This document shows, piece by piece, positions 50,509 to 64,000 of a DNA stretch of 64,000 bases; within the stretch, counting starts at the first letter, position 1; every line of letters starts with the position of its first letter. The notes below the pieces were generated by a model. It did not search any database, was not told where the DNA came from, and was given only the letters and a program-made list of their open reading frames with translations. The stretch lies in contig CM119271.1 of NCBI GenBank assembly GCA_051294375.1, positions 15,320,770-15,384,769 of the forward strand. The letters run 5' to 3'. Made by a program: the position numbers and the translations under genes. The DNA is from Paraspadella gotoi. Lineage: Eukaryota > Animalia > Chaetognatha.

Positions 50509-53500
50509 ATGTCGAGAGCAACTGCGGTATTCTTTATAATCTTTGTAGTCTTTTTCAATGCGTCGGCGAAGTTACACCTTAAAAGCAGGGTAGAGTCATT
50601 TATTTGTGGAAACTGGTAAACATGCTAGAAAGAGAGCGTGCGATCATAAAAGACATGCAAAAGCAGAGAAGAAAGTATTAAAGTACGTCGCCAGGTCGAA
50701 GTATGTCGCTTGAAAGAGTGTTGGTTATTGGTGATTGAAAGTCGAGCACACCAATGAGAGACAGTATACATTGCTATGAGTAGTGGACAGAACCGTTCAA
50801 TATAAGCAGTCCCTGAGCTTTCGTGATCAGGCTATAGACTCGCGCGTAACAGGCGGGTTACAGCGCGCCCGTACCCCTTTTAACTGCGCTAGTCGTCAAC
50901 CGGCGCTAAGAATGAGTGTCCGGAACGAACTGAGTTGGGAGGCGAATGACTTGACGTCCTGCACAAACGCCGCCGTAATGACCTTCGTTGGGGATTTTAG
51001 TCTACATAAAACTTAATTTTGTTATAGAAATTATTGTTAACTCTCATGAATGTTCACTGGTAATAGTGTGTTCATATTGGACTATTAGAATTTTCATATG
51101 TGACCTATCATTACGCTCTAGATATACAGCCGCTTTTTTACTTACTATTTGTACACAAAGGTCTCTAAAACTCAAGCAAGCCGATCTTGGAAAAAAAAAT
51201 TGGCAAAGCCTCAAAGGTGGACCAAAAAGTTAAAAATGGAGAATAAGGAACGCAGCTGCCGCAATCTGCTCCAGCTCCAACCTCAGGCTGCTGGATCAAT
51301 ACACTGGATGTTCTGACTTGTGACAAATCAAAATATGAATGTCCAGTAAAAAGAATAAACAAATAAACCATAAGGATATTAATATCGGGGAAAAATGAGA
51401 TTTCGGATGCCGTTAGCAGCAGCTAAAGGCCACGGAAAGCCCGAAGAACAATCAGATTTCAGCGACTCAGCGGTTTTAATGGTGCATCGAAGGGTGAATA
51501 CCAACCCTCTGGCCTGGAAAAAGTCAGAGAGTAGGAAGGCCCGGGGCGCAAAAGCGGCCGTCCTGAGCAAGAAGGGAGAGAAGCAAGGGGCCGCATGGTG
51601 GCCCATGGGGTGTGGGCGTGGCCCTTATGAATGGATGTTTTGGCGAACAATTATAAAAAAAAGGTGATCCTTGCTCACAATTGCACGAGTTTACCCCATT
51701 TGTACCTCAACGATCTGATTGACTGCAAAGTTTCCTCGGAGTTGGTTTCGATGATGGACACAGGCTACTCATCTACTTTCCAAAGTCGAAAAAAAGAATG
51801 TCATCACATCGCACCGCTGTGCTGGAAAAGCCACCTTATGGGAGAAAGATGTTCGCCTAGAGGTTGCATGACGCCTTAGGCAGTTATCGACTACTGCTAT
51901 ATAACACAGACCTCTGAACACTTGGGCTGAAAAGAGACACTCGTCCGAATGTATCATTCGAAAAGCAGTTGCAAGAAAGCCAGTCCGGAACAACAAGCAA
52001 TGTGTCCAGATGGCAATAGAATCCGGCTGACTAATGGGGCGAAGGCTTTGGTGGAAACCTTGCACGATGTTGGAAGCATGCTTGGTCTAAAAATAGGAGG
52101 GCGCTCAAGGGGGCCCAAGTAGGAGCAACCATTGGCGCGTCTAACTACTTGGGGTTTTGGAACTGGAACAGGGTCTGCGAAGTTCAATAGCGCCAGTGGT
52201 AAGGCACGAGAAAGTCACATGCTTAGCAGCACGACAGTCGCGATCGCGGAGCGCTGGTTCTGCTGCGCCATATCGATAGCCATTCTTGGAAGGCCAGATC
52301 TAAAGCCTTTATGAAACTGTTTCTAGATGAGTCAAGGCCGGCAGGATCTTTCAATTCGATGTTCTATACGATATTCTAAACCTTCCGAGTTTCTTATTTT
52401 AAGAACTCAAATGGCGGATGTCAAAATTCAAAATTTTTTTGATGAGGTGGGACACTCATCGTTGGGTAAACGATCTGCAAAATTTTGGAGGTGAATATGC
52501 GACATCACAACGGACTTCAAGAAAAGAGTCACAACCTCGTCGTCAGCATCGAATTTGCATGCAAGCGCGAAGTCTGAATTTGCTGGGACTCGATGAGCGT
52601 CTTGAAAAAAGCAGCTTTGAACAGAAAGAGATCGTGGTTTGGATTTCTTGTCTGTGGAGGGAGTTTTCAGCAAGATCAGGCAGCAGGGCTTCAGGGTGAC
52701 CGAAGAGAAGAGAGGGGCTAAGTAAGAAAAGGCCTCTCAAAGGCGAGAGGAGCATAATGAATGACAATCGCGAGTTTAGTCAGACCACGTCTAAGTGTTA
52801 GAGGTGCGGCAACCCAGAAATTGCTGCTGGCTATTACCGGTTTTTAACACTCCAGAGTTTAAGGATTTGGTTCAACAGCAATGGCTTAAGAGTAATTGAA
52901 TGACCTATGTTCGTCCTTTGAATTCACGCTGGTTAACTTAGCAGGCATACTTAACATGAAGCATAAATAGCTTGATTTTCCTATTGACAAAATAGAACAC
53001 AGGATGCTTTCAGAAGGCTGGCTCTGTTGGAAAAAAGACTCCAAAAGTGGTTTGACATATTTTAGCAACAGTGGAGAGCAAAGGTTGACAACAACAAAAA
53101 CACTTTTAGCCACAGACTTAGAGCGTAATTTACTGTAAATATGGCAAATCAAAAAGAAAAATTTAATGGAGAATTTGTTACAAAGCAAACTTGCTTTGGA
53201 AAGGGCGGGGAAACCATTTTATGGCAGAAGGACCCGTTCTGCTACCGAGCAACTTGAATATTGTTGGTGGTGGACACGGCTGTGAGTCGAAAAACCATAG
53301 AAAATGTCAAGAACGACAATATCCAAACAAAAACCTTGGCCAAAGAATGAATTAAGAATCAAAGAAGGCAGGAATTTAAAGGTTGTATTCAACATGCGCT
53401 ATGGGTCTGGAGAAGCATAGCTAAGATGGCAGAGTATATTGTAAAATTTTTTAACAAATCGAGTGGTAGACAAAATATCCTGAGACTAAATTTCAAAAGT

Positions 53501-55888
53501 GAAGTTCAGCTGCCAAGACACAGGACAAAAAGTGCTATAGGGATTTGCATTGCAAAATCTTCCATGCTGTTACGATGAAACAACCAAGGATTTGTAGCAT
53601 CAATCAAAAAAAGATTCAAGAAGTGGCTTTTGGTGGTTGAAGGACCTGTGGCAAAGCAGTATCCTTGAAATCCCTGATGGGAGAATTGCTAAAAGTATTG
53701 ATCAATTGGTGTTTTGTAACTTTGGCAGATGTCAAGTTGACCTAACAGCCACGGATAGCAGCATCAAGGAATGGCAGGATCATGCATTTATTTCAAGGCG
53801 GCGTCAAAGGCAGCATCTACTGTGATGCACGAGCGCGACATCCCTGAGCAATACCAAACTTGGTCCTGACTTCAATGACATTTTGAGGCGTCTGTCCTTT
53901 TTATAAAGGATGAAAGTGGATGAGAGCTTACAAGTCCAAACCCAGTGCGGACTCTTGGTGAAGAGTCTCTTTTCAACGGGATTGCTTTGTCTGCTTCACA
54001 AAATCGAGTGAAAAGTTTGAAGGTACATTTGACTTGACTAAACTTTGGTTTGGGGTTCCTGATTGATTAATAAAAGATTATGATAGTAATGATAATAATT
54101 ATAATAATGAACTTATTAATGCTCAGGATTGTATTAGGCAAGGCGGCCGGAGGAAAGGAAGTGAGGCCGTGGTCCAAGCTCCTTTACCTTCCCGGATGAC
54201 CTAAACTTTTGATGCAATGTCACTTCAGCCTTTGGTTCTGGTGAGACAGAAGTTGGCATAGGCGACGTTCGTGTCATAAACCACAAACTCAAAGAATGCC
54301 GAATGCGGGAAAGGGCTTGACATCATCAATGGACAGTGTGAGCTGAAGTGCCATGAGGAAGTGCAATGATGCAATCAGCCCCTGGACGATCCTGGCGGCT
54401 GCAAATCTTTGCAAAATCAGAAGGTCGTTGGTTGAAGGGCAAAAATCGTCCTGCCTTCACAAATGCGGGATCGAAGATGACGGAAGAATGGGGATACTTG
54501 GTATCTTGTCCAAAAGGAACTAGAATTTCTGATGGAGACTGCGTGGGTGAATATATTCAGCTGATTACCATATTGTACCATTAGTCATCTCGTGATAAAT
54601 AATATTTCATACCTGTGTGACATAATTGGTTATGAGATAGGTACTTTTAAGTAGTTTGGTAAATAAGTAACTAATTTTCAAAGTATATTGTACAAGTAAT
54701 AACTAAATCTATCGGCAAAAAATTTTTTTTCAAATGATAATAATTGATTAAATTCAAGTTAATAAGCTATTATAATTAAAATTTGCTTTTCTTGAGATGG
54801 TGGATGAATGCGCTCTTAAGCCGTGTAAAAATGGTGGTACTTGCGTGAAAGATTTGGAACATTGGTACTTATGCAAATGCACCAAGCAGTACAAAGGAGA
54901 AACATTGTGAAACACGTAAGCACTGTAGTATGAGCACTTGGATGTGGACCACATATGATTTATAAGTACAGTTGTGGAACATGGAATCCATGAAAGAATA
55001 TGCAAAAATATTTAAAAAATAAATCATTAAAGACTTTAAATTTTTTGTACATTTTAATAGGCAATCAAGCCATGTTACCTATATCGCGCTGTCAGAATGG
55101 AGGCGTCTGTACCAAGCCTGGATAAATGAATGATTCATGCAAATTGTAACCATTTGTTCCAAGGGAGAGAATTGGGCGAGAAAGGTAAAACCAGAACAAA
55201 GGCTAATCGATTACTCTTGGGTAGTTGTTGTCGATACAAAATATTACTTAATACACATTAAATTGAAAATGTCCCGTAAGGATATTGTATGAAATTGGTA
55301 CAACGCAATAAAAAAAAATTTCATTCATTTAATAAATTAAGCTATCTGCCCTGACTTTGGACAGGCTTTGGTGGTTTAAGGCCTCCATCACTCCTTACAA
55401 GATAATGGACATAGCAGGTCCCTGCAAGCTTTCAATTCAGAACTCTCTCACAGTCCGTTTATTCACTCCAGAGTACCGTGGCTTCCGCTATCAATGAAGT
55501 GGACAATGATTTAAAGAGTTAGTGTTTCAATGTATGAAAGTATTAGATTAGTGATTAGATCAGGGAATACTTTATTGGTACTCCGCACTAGATCAAAATA
55601 CAAGGAGCTGAATTTTATGAGAATTGGTGCAACAACAGTAAAAATATTGCCCATGTGGTTTGTGTGTTTGAAGTTGTTCCCTTGGAACTAGAGAGGTGGA
55701 TGGTTTGATTACTCTAGAACCTCTGGTCATAGACCGAAGTGGTCGATAGAAGTCAAAAGATTGTTTTTCAAAGTTCTGGACGGAGTGCGCGACGCACATC
55801 CTTGCAAAAGATGAGCGGGCGATGCATTTCGAAACCACACCGGCTATTGTCTGCGAATGCGTGAACGGCTAGCGCAGGACTAAATGCG
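50509..55888 (+). CDS. Secreted MACPF (perforin-like) protein with furin-like Cys-rich and EGF domains; multi-exon, indel-noisy, 3' end not seen
   Basis: Signal peptide MSRATAVFFIIFVVFFNASA (50509); FLGVGFD (~51731); YE.LFLDE..PQDLSI (~52310); FLMRWDTH....SAKFGG MACPF signature (~52437-52492); furin-like ..ECGKGLDIINGQCELKCHEE.C (~54300); EGF exons VDECALKPCKNGGTCVKDLEHWYLCKCTKQYKG..CET (54797-54915), ..CQNGGVC.. (55061-55184) and ..ECAT.HPCK..C..GY.CECVNG..G.KC (~55775-55888). Confidence 0.82.
50796..51014 (-). mobile_element. tRNA-SINE/twister element (family 1), copy 2, intronic in the MACPF gene
   Basis: Reverse complement aligns with 24002-24197, including caagtcattcgcctcccaac, taacccgcctgt and gcctgatc.cgaa.gctcagggactg; ribozyme part at 50805-50887. 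Confidence 0.78.
55339..55535 (-). mobile_element. Dispersed SINE-like repeat (family 2), intronic copy
   Basis: Reverse complement of 16510-16710. Confidence 0.8.
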
Positions 55889-56081
55889 GTAAGCGTTTGA
55901 TAGGTTTTCAGTCCAAAATCCATGGAGGGTTTGTCGGTTTTTGGACCTTACCCTTTGAACTAGAGCAAACTGATGTCATGGGGGGGTGCAGAAGTTTGAT
56001 TTGGGAATCTTCCCAAATAAAAACTTTATTGACATTTTCTGCGAAGAATTCTTCAAANNNNNNNNNNNNNNNNNNNNNNNN

Positions 56082-56590
56082 NTCTCTCTCTCTCGATGTC
56101 CTTTAAAATCCTTTAAAGATGTGGAAAGCCTTCGTGACGGCGGCGGAGCAGTCGAGAGGCTCTAATCGAAGCTCATGGCTAAAGGGCTCTCGGCGCTCGG
56201 ACCGAGGGGAGGCCGAGAGAGTTTGCCGAGAGGTTTTGCCAGGGTAGTTGGCCCAAAGGGTTTGCCCCGGGCGGCTAGCTGGGTGATTTGGCCAATAAAA
56301 TTTTCTCAAAAGAGCGTTTGTCTGAGAACCATAGTGGAGACAAGTTTGCGAAAACAATTTTGCGGAAAGAGATAAACGGGTAAGCTGAGACAATAAGGTT
56401 ATAAAGATTTCTGATGGTTTGCGGAAAGAGTTGACCCGCTTGTGACTAAGATTGGAGGGCGCACAAAGTATGAAAAAAAGGTGCGCACATCTCAGGAAGT
56501 AAACCTTTTGGAAACCACCAGAGGAGACGAATCCCGGCGCCGAGAACCGGAAATCTACCGGCACCGAATAGATGTAAAAAGATCATCAGG

Positions 56591-56631
<41 letters not shown>

Positions 56632-57945
56632 AGGAGAGACAGAGAGTTAGGAGAGAAAAGAGAGGACGTATGAATTAGCGAGTATCAAAGGAGAAAGAAA
56701 AAAGAGGGAGAGGGAGAGAAGAGAAGACGTATAGAGAGGTAGAGAAAGATAGAGAAGAGAGAGGAGAGAAGAGTAGATAGGTGCTAGGACAAACTTTCTT
56801 CCTTCTACTCGAAAAAAGAATCAATATTCGTAACCATTAAATTTTTACATTTAAGCAAAAACATGTATTTTATCCTTTATCGCTGAATTTTACTCTGTTG
56901 ACAAGTGTTTCGATTTTGTTTTGTACTTTTTTTTATGGTTGTATCAAAATAAATGTTCTCTCTCTTTATATTATTCATAAATGTGGATCTTGTGTAATGG
57001 GTTCGTAGTATAATCCATTCTAAATTATATTTCTTAAATTCTTGTCCTATTATGACTGATGTTCTTGTCCACATTCCGTTATAATATCTCCAAAATTCCT
57101 AGAGTAGTTTATTAGGCCACTCAGATCTGCCATTCAGATCGCAGATATTCAATTTCTTCTCCTTTTGATTCACATCAGCGTTATGGCGAAACAAAGATAC
57201 TTTAAATCGGGACATTCATATCTTCTTATCGCGACATGGCCTCTCCGTCTTAAACTTCGAATCTATTTTTAAGGCCATTAAAGATCGAGCGAAGATCCCA
57301 CTTGCGCGGCGGAGTTGTCGTCGAACCTGACCGCCAGATGCGAGACAGCGTGATACGGAAAGACCCGCATCTAACGCCCAGGGACTCCCACGCTCGCCGA
57401 CTCCGTTCGAAAGCCTTTCAGCTTGTTAAGTAACTGCCTTTCATCGCATTAAGATTACGATTTAAACATCGACTCTAGCATCGCTGTTAAGTTCGTTTAA
57501 GACGCTAGAGGTTCGATATTAAGTCGCTACACCCGTCTTGTCTTCGAACACCTGTGGACGAAAAAAGGAGATCTCTTCATTTGGTTGTGATGTAATTCTC
57601 TAGTGATGAACCTATTGGCTGATTTTGTGAATTTTCTCCTCTCTCTCTCTCGTCTCTTCTCTCTCTCCTCTCTCTCTCTCTCTTCTCTCTCTCTCTCCTC
57701 ATCTCTCTCCTCTCTCTTATCTCTCTCGCTCTCTCTTCTTCCCACTCGTAAGCCGAGGATGTATGCAAGATTGCGCTTGGGGATTATGCAGAAGCTGAAA
57801 TCTCAACATTAGACATAGCTCGTCTCTGNNNNNNNNNNNNNNNNNNNNNNNNNTTCCCACTCGTATAGCCGAGGGATGTAGGGATTTGCCTTGGAATAAG
57901 AAGTTGATTTCTCAATCTAGCTTAACGTCTTCTCTCTCTCTCTCT

Positions 57946-57989
<44 letters not shown>

Positions 57990-59206
57990 CCTGATGATCT
58001 TGTTAACATCTATTCGTTGCCGGTACAGGATTTTCCGTTCTCGGCGCCGGATTCGTCTCTCTCTGGTGGTTTCCAAAAGGTTTTACTTCCTGAGATGTGA
58101 TGCGACTCTTTTTTCATACTTTGTGCGCCCCCAGATCTTAGTCACAAACGGAGTCAAACTCTTTCCGGCCAACAACCATCACGAAGCTTTTAATAACTTT
58201 TGTATTTACATCTAACCTTATTGTCTCAGCTTACCCGTTTATTCTCCCAATTTTCCCGCAAACTTGTCTCCACCATGCGGTTCATCACGACAAAACGCTC
58301 TTTTGAGAAATAACTTTATTGCAAATCAACCATCTCGCGCGCCCGGCGCATCACCCTTTGGGCCGAACTACACATCTGAGGCAAAACACTCTCCGGCAAA
58401 CTCTCTCGGCCTCCCCTCCGTCGAGCGCGCGAGAGCCCTTCTAGCCATGAGCTTCGATTAGAGCCTCGTCGACTGCTCCGCCGCCGTCAGCGAAGGACTT
58501 CCACCATCTTTTAAAGGATTTTAAAGGAATCAGTGGCGAGAGAGGGAGAAGCAGAGAGAGAGAGAGAGAGAGAGAGAGACGAGAGGAGAGACGAGAGAGA
58601 AGAGAGAGAGAGTAGAGAGAGAGAAGACCACTTGCGAGTAGTGGGATTCCTAGAAGAAGAGAGACGAAGGTGAAGAGAGCAGAAGAGAGAGAAGAATATA
58701 ATAATAAATAATTGCGGGGAGTATGTTCCGAAAACTTGTGGTCTCGGACGCCTCGAACCGAGGAGACGGGTGGGAAGCTAGGGGCGTAAAGATGGAAAAG
58801 TTATGAATTTTTCAAAGGTTTTAGCGATAAAAAATGAAAAAGAAAACGTAAATTTAAGAGAGGTAGAATTAAGATACGAGAATAGAGAGATAAAAGAAGT
58901 AGAAAAGAAAGAAGATATTATGAGAATTTATGAACAAGAGAGAAGCAGGTATCTAAATCGAGAGACGGCGAAGTAAGGAAAAAGAGAAAGGAGAGAAAAA
59001 GGGAAAAAGAAAGGTAGAAAAGATAGAGTCATGGTGAGAGAGAGAGAAGTTGAGAGGAGAGAAAGCAGAAAGATAGATAGAAAGAGAGAGAGACAGTAGG
59101 AATGACATACTGAGAGAAAAATAGAGATAGAGAAGATTAGAGACAGGCAAGATAGAAAGATAGAGACAGCGAGAGGGGGGACAACCCAGAGAGGTATAAT
59201 TCTCTC

Positions 59207-59243
<37 letters not shown>

Positions 59244-60101
59244 TCACAATCAGCCAATGAGAGTTCAATCCTCAGAGAATTTCCACCAATGAAAGATCTC
59301 CTTTTTTCGCCCCAGGTTTCGAAGACAAGACGGGGAGCGTCTTATATCGAATCCTAGCGTCTTAAAACGAACTTAAAGCGATCTAGAATCGATGTTAAAT
59401 CGTATCTTAAATGCGATGAAAGCGTCTTAAAAGCGAACGGCTTTTCAATGGAGTCGGCGAGGGGATTCCCTGGGCGTTAGATCCGGGCTTCCGTATCCGC
59501 GTCTCGCTCTGGCGGTCGGATTCGACGAAACTCCGCCGCGCGGGATCTTCGCTCGATTTAAGGCCTTAAAAAGATTCGATTTAAGACGAGAGGTGTCGCG
59601 ATAAGAAGTAATGAATGTCCCGATTTAAAGTCTTTGTTATCGCCATTTAACGCTGATGTGAAAAAAGGAGAAAGAAAGTGAAATCTGCGCATCTGAGTGG
59701 CAGATCTGAGTGGCATAAAAATATCTAGGATTTTGGAGATTTCGGAATGTGGACANNNNNNNNNNNNNNNNNNNNNNNNNNNNNNNNNNNNNNNNNNNNN
59801 NNNNNNNNNNNNNNNNNNNNNNNNNNNNNNNNNNNNNNNNNNNNNNNNNNNNNNNNNNNNNNNNNNNNNNNNNNNNNNNNNNNNNNNNNNNNNNNNNNNN
59901 NNNNNNNNNNNNNNNNNNNTATTGAATATATAAAGAGAGAACATTTTTGTAACATAAAAGAAAGTACAAAACAAATCGAAACTTGTCAACAGGCAAATTC
60001 AGGATAAAATAAATTGTTTTGCTTAAATGTAAAATTTATGGTTAAATATGGAATCTTTTTCGAGTAGAAAGGAAGAAATTTGTCCTAGCTATCTCTCTCT
60101 T

Positions 60102-60174
<73 letters not shown>

Positions 60175-60470
60175 TCTTCCTATTTCGTTTTTCCTACTAG
60201 CACCTAGATGATCCTGTATTTTTTCTCTCTATTTCTGTCAAGGAATCCATCCATAACTTATTCTATTTTGTTTATGTTTTCCTCTCCTCCTCCTCCTCCT
60301 CCTCCTCTTCCTCGTCTCGTCGGCCATTTTTCTCAATTTCATTCTCCATATTTCTTCGCCGGCGCCGCTTCATCTGTTTTCTTTCTTTTTTCTTTTTCTT
60401 TTCTTTTTTTTTCTTTTTTATTTTCTTTTCCTTTTTTCTTTCTTCTTTTTCTCTCTTCCTTTACTCATTC
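56082..60470. repeat. Shuffled and inverted fragments of the 3.5 kb unit
   Basis: 56082-56600 (+), 56780-57830 (-), 57854-59210 (-) and 59235-60470 (+), each matching part of 42373-45000; junctions fall in GA/CT tracts or at N gaps. Confidence 0.9.
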
Positions 60471-61062
60471 AGAGAGAATTATACCTCTCTGGGTTGTCCC
60501 CCCTCTCGCTGTCTCTATCTTTCTATCTTGCCTGTCTCTAATCTTCTCTATCTCTATTTTTCTCTCAGTATGTCATTCCTACTGTCTCTCTCTCTTTCTA
60601 TCTATCTTTCTGCTTTCTCTCCTCTCAACTTCTCTCTCTCTCACCATGACTCTATCTTTTCTACCTTTCTTTTTCCCTTTTTCTCTACCTTTCTCTTTTT
60701 TTTCTTCGTCCTCTCTCGCTATAATAACTCTCTCTCCTCTTGTTCTAAATTCTCTATTTTCTTTCTTTTCTAACTTCTTTTTATCTCTCTTTCTCTCATC
60801 TTATTTCTCCCGTCTTAAATTTACTTTTCTTTTTTCCATTTTTTTCCCTAAACTTTAAAAAATTCAACTTTTCCAATCTTACGCCCCCTAGCTTCCCCCC
60901 TCTCCGTTCGAGGGTCGCCGAACCACAAGTTTTCCGACATCTCCCCGCAATTATTTTTTTTTTCTTCTCTCTCTCTCTCCACTCCTCTCTCTTCTTCCTA
61001 GGAATCCCACTACTCGCACAGTTGGTGCTTCTCTCTCTCTCTCTCTCTCTCCTTCTCTCTCG

Positions 61063-61095
<33 letters not shown>

Positions 61096-61651
61096 ATCTC
61101 TGCTCTCTCCTCTCTCTCTCCCTCATCACTCGATTGTCCTTTAAAATCCTTTAAAAGATGTGGAAGTTCCTTCGTGACGGCGGCGGAGCAGTCGACGAGG
61201 CTCTAATCGAGCTCATGGCTAAAGGGCTCTCGGCGCTCGGACGCGAGGGGAGGCCGAGAGAGTTTGCCCGGAGAGGTTTTGCCAGGGTAGTTGGCCCAAA
61301 GGGTTTGCCGCCGGGCGGCTAGCTGGGTGGATTTGCCAATAAAGTTTTTCTCAAAAGAGCGTTTTGTCTGATGAACCCGCATAGTGGAGACAAGTTTGGG
61401 CGAACAATTTTGGCGGAAGAATAAACGGGTAAGCTGAGACAATAAGGTTAATAAAAGATTTCTGATGGTTTTGGCGGAAAGAGTTGACCCGCTTGTGGAC
61501 TAAGATTGGAGGCGCACAAAGTATGAAAAAAAGGTGCGCAACATCCTCAGGAAGTAAAACCTTTTGGAAAACCACCAAGAGAGAGCGAATTCCGGCGCCG
61601 AGAACCGGAAAATCTACCGGCAAGAATAGATGTTAAAAGAATCATCAGGTT

Positions 61652-61704
<53 letters not shown>

Positions 61705-61833
61705 AGACGTTAAGCTAGATTGAGAAATCAACTTCTTATTCCAAGGCAAATCCCTACATCCCTCGGCTATACGAGTGGGAAAGAGAGAGAGAGCGAGAGA
61801 GAAGAGAGAGGAGAGAGAGAGAGAAGAGAGAGA

Positions 61834-61882
<49 letters not shown>

Positions 61883-63076
61883 GAAATTCACAATCAGCCA
61901 ATGAGAAGTTTCATTCCAGAGATATTTCCACCAATGAAAGATCTCCTTTTTTCGCGCCCAGGTTTTCGAAGACAAGACGGGGAGCGTCTAATATCGAACT
62001 AGCGTCTTAAAACGAACTTAAAGCGATGCTAGAATCGATGTTAAATCGTATCTTAAATGCGATGAAAGCGTCTTAAAAGCGAAAACGGCTTTCGAACGGA
62101 GTCGGCGAGGGGAATTCCCTGGGCGTTAGATCCGGGCTTTCCGTATCCGCGTCTCGCTCTGGGGCGGTCGGATTCGACGAAAACTCCGCGCGCTGGGATC
62201 TTCGCTCGATTTTAAGGCCTTAAAAAGATTCGATTTAAGACGAGAGGTGTCGCGATAAGAAGTATATGAATGTCCCGATTAAAGTCTTTGTTTTCGGCCA
62301 TGTAAACGCTGATGTGAAAAAAGGAGAAGAAATTGAAATTCTGCGCATCTGAAGTGGCAGATCTGAGTGGCCTAAAAATATCTAGGATTTTGGAGATTTC
62401 GGAAATGTGGACAAGAACAATCAGTATAATAAGGACCAAGAATTAAGATATATTTAAATGGTTTACTAGAACTTACACAAGCCACGATTTATTGAATAAT
62501 ATAAAGAAGAGAACATTTTTGGTAACCATAAAAAAAAGTACAAAACAAAATCGAAAACTTGTCAACAGGTAAATTCAGGATAAAATAAATTGTTTTGCTT
62601 AAATGTAAAAATTTTAATGGTTAAATATGGAATGTCTTTTTTCGAGTAGAAGGAAGAAATTTGTCCTAGCACATCTCTTTCTCTCTCTCTCCTCTCATCT
62701 TTCTCTTTTTTTTTCTTCCCTTGTTTCCTTTTTTCCTACTAGCACTAGAATGATGCCTATATTTTTCTCTCTATTTCTGTCAAGGAATCGAGCCATAACT
62801 TATTCTATTTTGTTTATGGTTTCCTTCCTCCCTTCCTCCTCCTCCTCCTCCTCTTCCTCGTCTCGTCGGCCATTTTTTCTTCAATTTCATTCTTCCATAT
62901 TTCTTCGCCGGCGCCGCTTTCAAATGCTGTTTCTTCTTTTTTCTTTTTCTTTCTTTTTTTTTCTTTTTAATTTTCTTTCCTTTTTTAATTTTTTCTTTTT
63001 TGTGCCTCTTTCCGTTCTTTTTTCCCCACACTCTCTTCCCTTATGCTTTTTCTAATCTCTCTCTCTCTCTCTCTCT

Positions 63077-63116
<40 letters not shown>

Positions 63117-63468
63117 CTCTCTCCTCTCGTCTCTCTTCTCTTCTGTCTCTCTCCCCTTTTCCTTCGGTTTTTTCTTCTCCATATTTATCTCCCCTTCAAT
63201 TTTCTCTCGGAACATGATTTCTTTCGTCTCCCCGCTTCAGCCCTCTCCCTCTCCACTCTCTTTCACCTCTCTCTCTCACCTCCCCCCCTCTCCTCTCCCC
63301 TCTCTCTCTTCCCCCTCCCCTTTCTCCATCTCCCTCGCCTCTGTTTGTTTACTNNNNNNNNNNNNNNNNNNNNNNNNNGTTTACGCGCGGCACTTTGTCT
63401 TCCCAAACAAATTGAAACTCGCGATTTCCATTTGACCAAAATCCTTTTTAGATTGGCCCTGCCTCCGC

Positions 63469-63509
<41 letters not shown>

Positions 63510-63734
63510 TCTCGTCGTCGTCTGTGGCTCTCAATGCAACGACGCCTTCCTTTGGGAAAACCGGATTTTTTAAACTGAAAAAAAAAAGGATAGAAAGAGA
63601 GGAGGAATGATAGAAAGAAAAAAGGAAAGGGAGGAAAGCAAGAGAATAAGAAAGACAGAAAAGAAGAAAAAAGGAAAGAAAAAAGAAAGAAAGAAGAAAG
63701 CGAGAAAAAGAACAGGAGGAAAAATAAAGGAGGA

Positions 63735-63770
<36 letters not shown>

Positions 63771-64000
63771 AAAAACTAAAAAGAGAAATAAAAAAAGGGA
63801 GAGTCAAATCAGTATTCCTCAAGTTCTGCTTCCATTTTGGTTTTAAACTCACCCATTTCTTAGAAATCCTTTTCCGTCGTCAACTCTCCTTCACTCACCC
63901 CGATTTCTCTTTCCTTGCCCTCCTTAGACCCTCGAGCTTCTTAACTCCCTTTCCTGCTTCACTTTCCAATTAACTTATCTCTTCTGACTCGCCCAGACAG
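60471..64000 (+). repeat. ~3.5 kb duplicated unit, copy 2 (runs off the window)
   Basis: Same block order as 42373-45890; exon-like blocks at ~61158-61428, ~61459-61648 and 61962-62445. Confidence 0.92.

Overview
Animal (probably invertebrate) genomic DNA from a gapped draft assembly, very rich in (GA)n, (TTA)n and (GAC)n microsatellites; most ORFs in the supplied track are microsatellite or N-gap artefacts. Several stretches (about 4.2-10.9 kb, 36.4-38.7 kb, 42.9-64 kb) show dense single-base indel noise typical of unpolished long-read gap fill, so frameshifts there are not evidence of pseudogenes. Recognisable content: (1) a spliced minus-strand gene for a Ser/His/Gln/Met-rich transcription-factor-like protein, with phase-compatible exons at 31.3, 30.2, 29.0 and 21.3 kb, a possible alternative first exon at 22.2 kb and a possible last exon at 4.3-4.8 kb; its DNA-binding domain is not visible; (2) a divergent paired-box (Pax-like) gene on the plus strand at 5.8-7.1 kb; (3) a secreted MACPF + furin-like + EGF gene at 50.5-55.9 kb; (4) a ~3.5 kb unit with exons of an unknown gene, present as two direct copies plus shuffled and inverted pieces; (5) Helitron/Helentron-like and SINE-like repeats, minisatellites and motif clusters. 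The most interesting signal is a dispersed element (24.0-24.2 kb +, 50.8-51.0 kb -) in which a tRNA-Gly-like head is followed directly by a sequence that folds as a circularly permuted (type P5) twister ribozyme. All calls are from reading the sequence by eye; no searches were run.
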